A stretch of 63,240 nt of DNA, filler included, from Ministeria vibrans ATCC 50519 (lineage: Eukaryota; Protista; Filasterea), in assembly GCA_943704425.1 (NCBI GenBank). It is 7 parts of 7 records of this genome, joined end to end, with 100 filler letters (N's around TTAATTAATTAA, not from the genome) between each part and the next. Parts side by side here need not be neighbours in the genome. Positions count along the whole stretch, not along the records: positions 59,829 to 61,938 come from CALSCP010001572.1; positions 62,039 to 63,240 come from CALSCP010002652.1; 5 more parts are not named here. The stretch is one strand, 5' to 3'. The number at the start of each line of letters is the position of its first letter. The first letter of the stretch is position 1. Shown piece by piece: positions 61,374-63,240 of the stretch. The notes under the pieces are model-generated. The model saw nothing but the letters and a program-made list of their open reading frames with translations, was not told where the DNA came from and ran no database searches. Made by a program: the position numbers and the translations under genes.

Positions 61374-61832
61374 ATGCAGGAGAGCGAAAGGATATCCCTT
61401 GGAGATAATCAGATAAATATTATGAGTATATTCAATTTTTCTCAAACAGACCAAGGTATCCTTTATTTCATTCGGTGATTCATATTCAAAATACTCTCAG
61501 CAGTTAGCACTTTGCTCGAAAACGAAGTGGAATGGTATATATTTAATTTTCGGAATTCTGAGCGGTTTCTGATATATACGACGAAGATCAAGAAGTGCTG
61601 TGTAGTGCTCATTTACATTTTTATCATTTACAATCCGTGTAAGCGACTAAGCGTCTAAGTAAAGTTTTAATGAAGTGGTCTTGTCTGTATTTCTAAATGA
61701 AAAAAAAATCTTCTCTTCACAGAACACAGATCAGAATAACTTAAAAGTTAAAACATGATTAACATCAGAAATCAGAATAATGAATAATCAGATTTTATTT
61801 TTCCTTTTTCGTTTTCTCTCTTATCTATTAAT

Positions 61833-61906
61833 ATGTGCGATCTTTCCGACCCAGCCCTGAAGCAGGCTGTCATGGACGTCAAGAGCGACTCGGTCGATAT
61901 CGATTG
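61833..61906 (+). CDS. First exon of an ADF-H-domain protein (coactosin/Abp1-like)
   Basis: MCDLSDPALKQAVMDVKSDSVDIDW followed by a GTATGT donor. Resembles the coactosin/drebrin N-terminus. The rest is in the gap. Confidence 0.55.
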
Positions 61907-62038
61907 GTATGTTTGAGAAAAAAGAAAAAAAAAAAAAANNNNNNNNNNNNNNNNNNNNNNNNNNNNNNNNNNNNNNNNNNNNTTAATTAATTAANNNNNN
62001 NNNNNNNNNNNNNNNNNNNNNNNNNNNNNNNNNNNNNN

Positions 62039-62080
<42 letters not shown>

Positions 62081-62109
62081 TATTATTATAATTATTATTA
62101 TTATTGACA

Positions 62110-62272
62110 TTGTCGAGATAACATTTCCACTCGCGCGCTTTCTCTCTAATTTGTTTCTCTCTCTAAAATTTTCTCTACCACTTTCTTCTTCTTCTGTTAC
62201 TTGTTCCTCTCTCTTTCTTTCCCCTCCTCTCTCTATCTATCACTTTGTTTCTTTCTCTCTATCTATCACTTT

Positions 62273-62368
<96 letters not shown>

Positions 62369-63034
62369 TTTCTTTCTCTCTCCTCTTTTTCTCTTTCTTT
62401 CTTTCTTTCTTTCTTACAGTGGTATCGACTGTGTGCTTTTGTGCAGGATATATACCATCACTTTGAGAAATGAACTGGAAATTGATCTAAAATTATAATA
62501 ATAATAATAATTATTATTATTATTATTATTAATTTTTATTATTATTAGATTAATTTATGTGAGTATTACGAAGAAAGCTTTACATTTTCGTACCTCAAGT
62601 TTGAATTGATTGACAAAAAGTGCGACATGTCATTTTTGGCCTCTGAATAAATCTGCGTGTAAGCGCAATTGAGTGGCTGAAGGACATTCAAATAGTGATC
62701 GGGCGACACACAGAGTGACGATTGGGCAAGAAGGGATGTTGGATCGAGCGACGCAGACAAACACTCGTCCATTCTCGCTGCTTCGAGTGCGTGACACGAC
62801 GTCTCTTCCATTTCAAGTCCTATTCGAGGCGCACAATAGTTGAAGCAAGTAAAACACAAAAATTTAATGTAATTAAGATTGAGTTGTAGGTTCACCTCGA
62901 AAGTCAAACATGACGTATTCAAAGCCTCTTTCAATGACTGTCGCAATGAGCAGTCGGTTTCCTCCAAACCGCACTACAAAATGGGTTTCTCCGGGTTTTG
63001 CATCGTCCAAAGAGCCATCACGCACCATTTGCTC
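62110..63034 (-). CDS. PCNX4: Internal exons of a pecanex-like protein 4
   Basis: GSLDDAKPGETHFVVRF..IERGFEY..FRG|LEMEETSCHALEAARMDE..NVLQP..YSEAKN|..FLKVMVYIL matches the PCNX4 GLExxETSCHxxEAxRxDE signature. Confidence 0.8.
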
Positions 63035-63134
63035 CTAATTAAAATATAATTACCAAGGTAATTCCAAGGTAATTTATACAGGGAAATCGAGTTGGCAATC
63101 GGGTTAGTGCATTAGGATTCAAGTTGTCGACGTC

Positions 63135-63240
<106 letters not shown>

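Overview
Gene-dense, intron-rich eukaryotic genomic DNA. Introns are mostly 50-100 nt GT-AG, AT-rich or filled with microsatellites, and exons are GC-rich. About 24 protein genes or gene fragments can be read: a RanBP2-zinc-finger protein, a Mic12/Mic13-like protein, extended synaptotagmin/tricalbin, a PMT1-type O-mannosyltransferase, CDC42SE/SPEC, the COG6 3' end, PARN, an ankyrin-SOCS-box protein, Nup188, Cdc14, a GH3 beta-glucosidase, CstF-64, a GCKIII kinase, a 7xWSC protein, a giant Cys-rich/PAN/propeller surface protein, TBC1D24, the 3' end of a MetX-family transferase, SLC35A4, a nucleoside hydrolase, ARMC9, TYSND1, SCAMP, a coactosin-like exon and part of PCNX4. The mix of animal-type, fungal-type and ciliary genes suggests a unicellular, probably flagellated opisthokont or close relative (inference). 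The most unusual items are the nested domain architecture of the giant protein, a PAN domain inserted in the GH3 enzyme, a candidate structured RNA at about 15.7 kb, and short dispersed motifs tied to microsatellites. The 100-nt N gaps carry an artificial TTAATTAATTAA linker and hide several kb. All homology calls come from motif recognition by eye; no searches were run.
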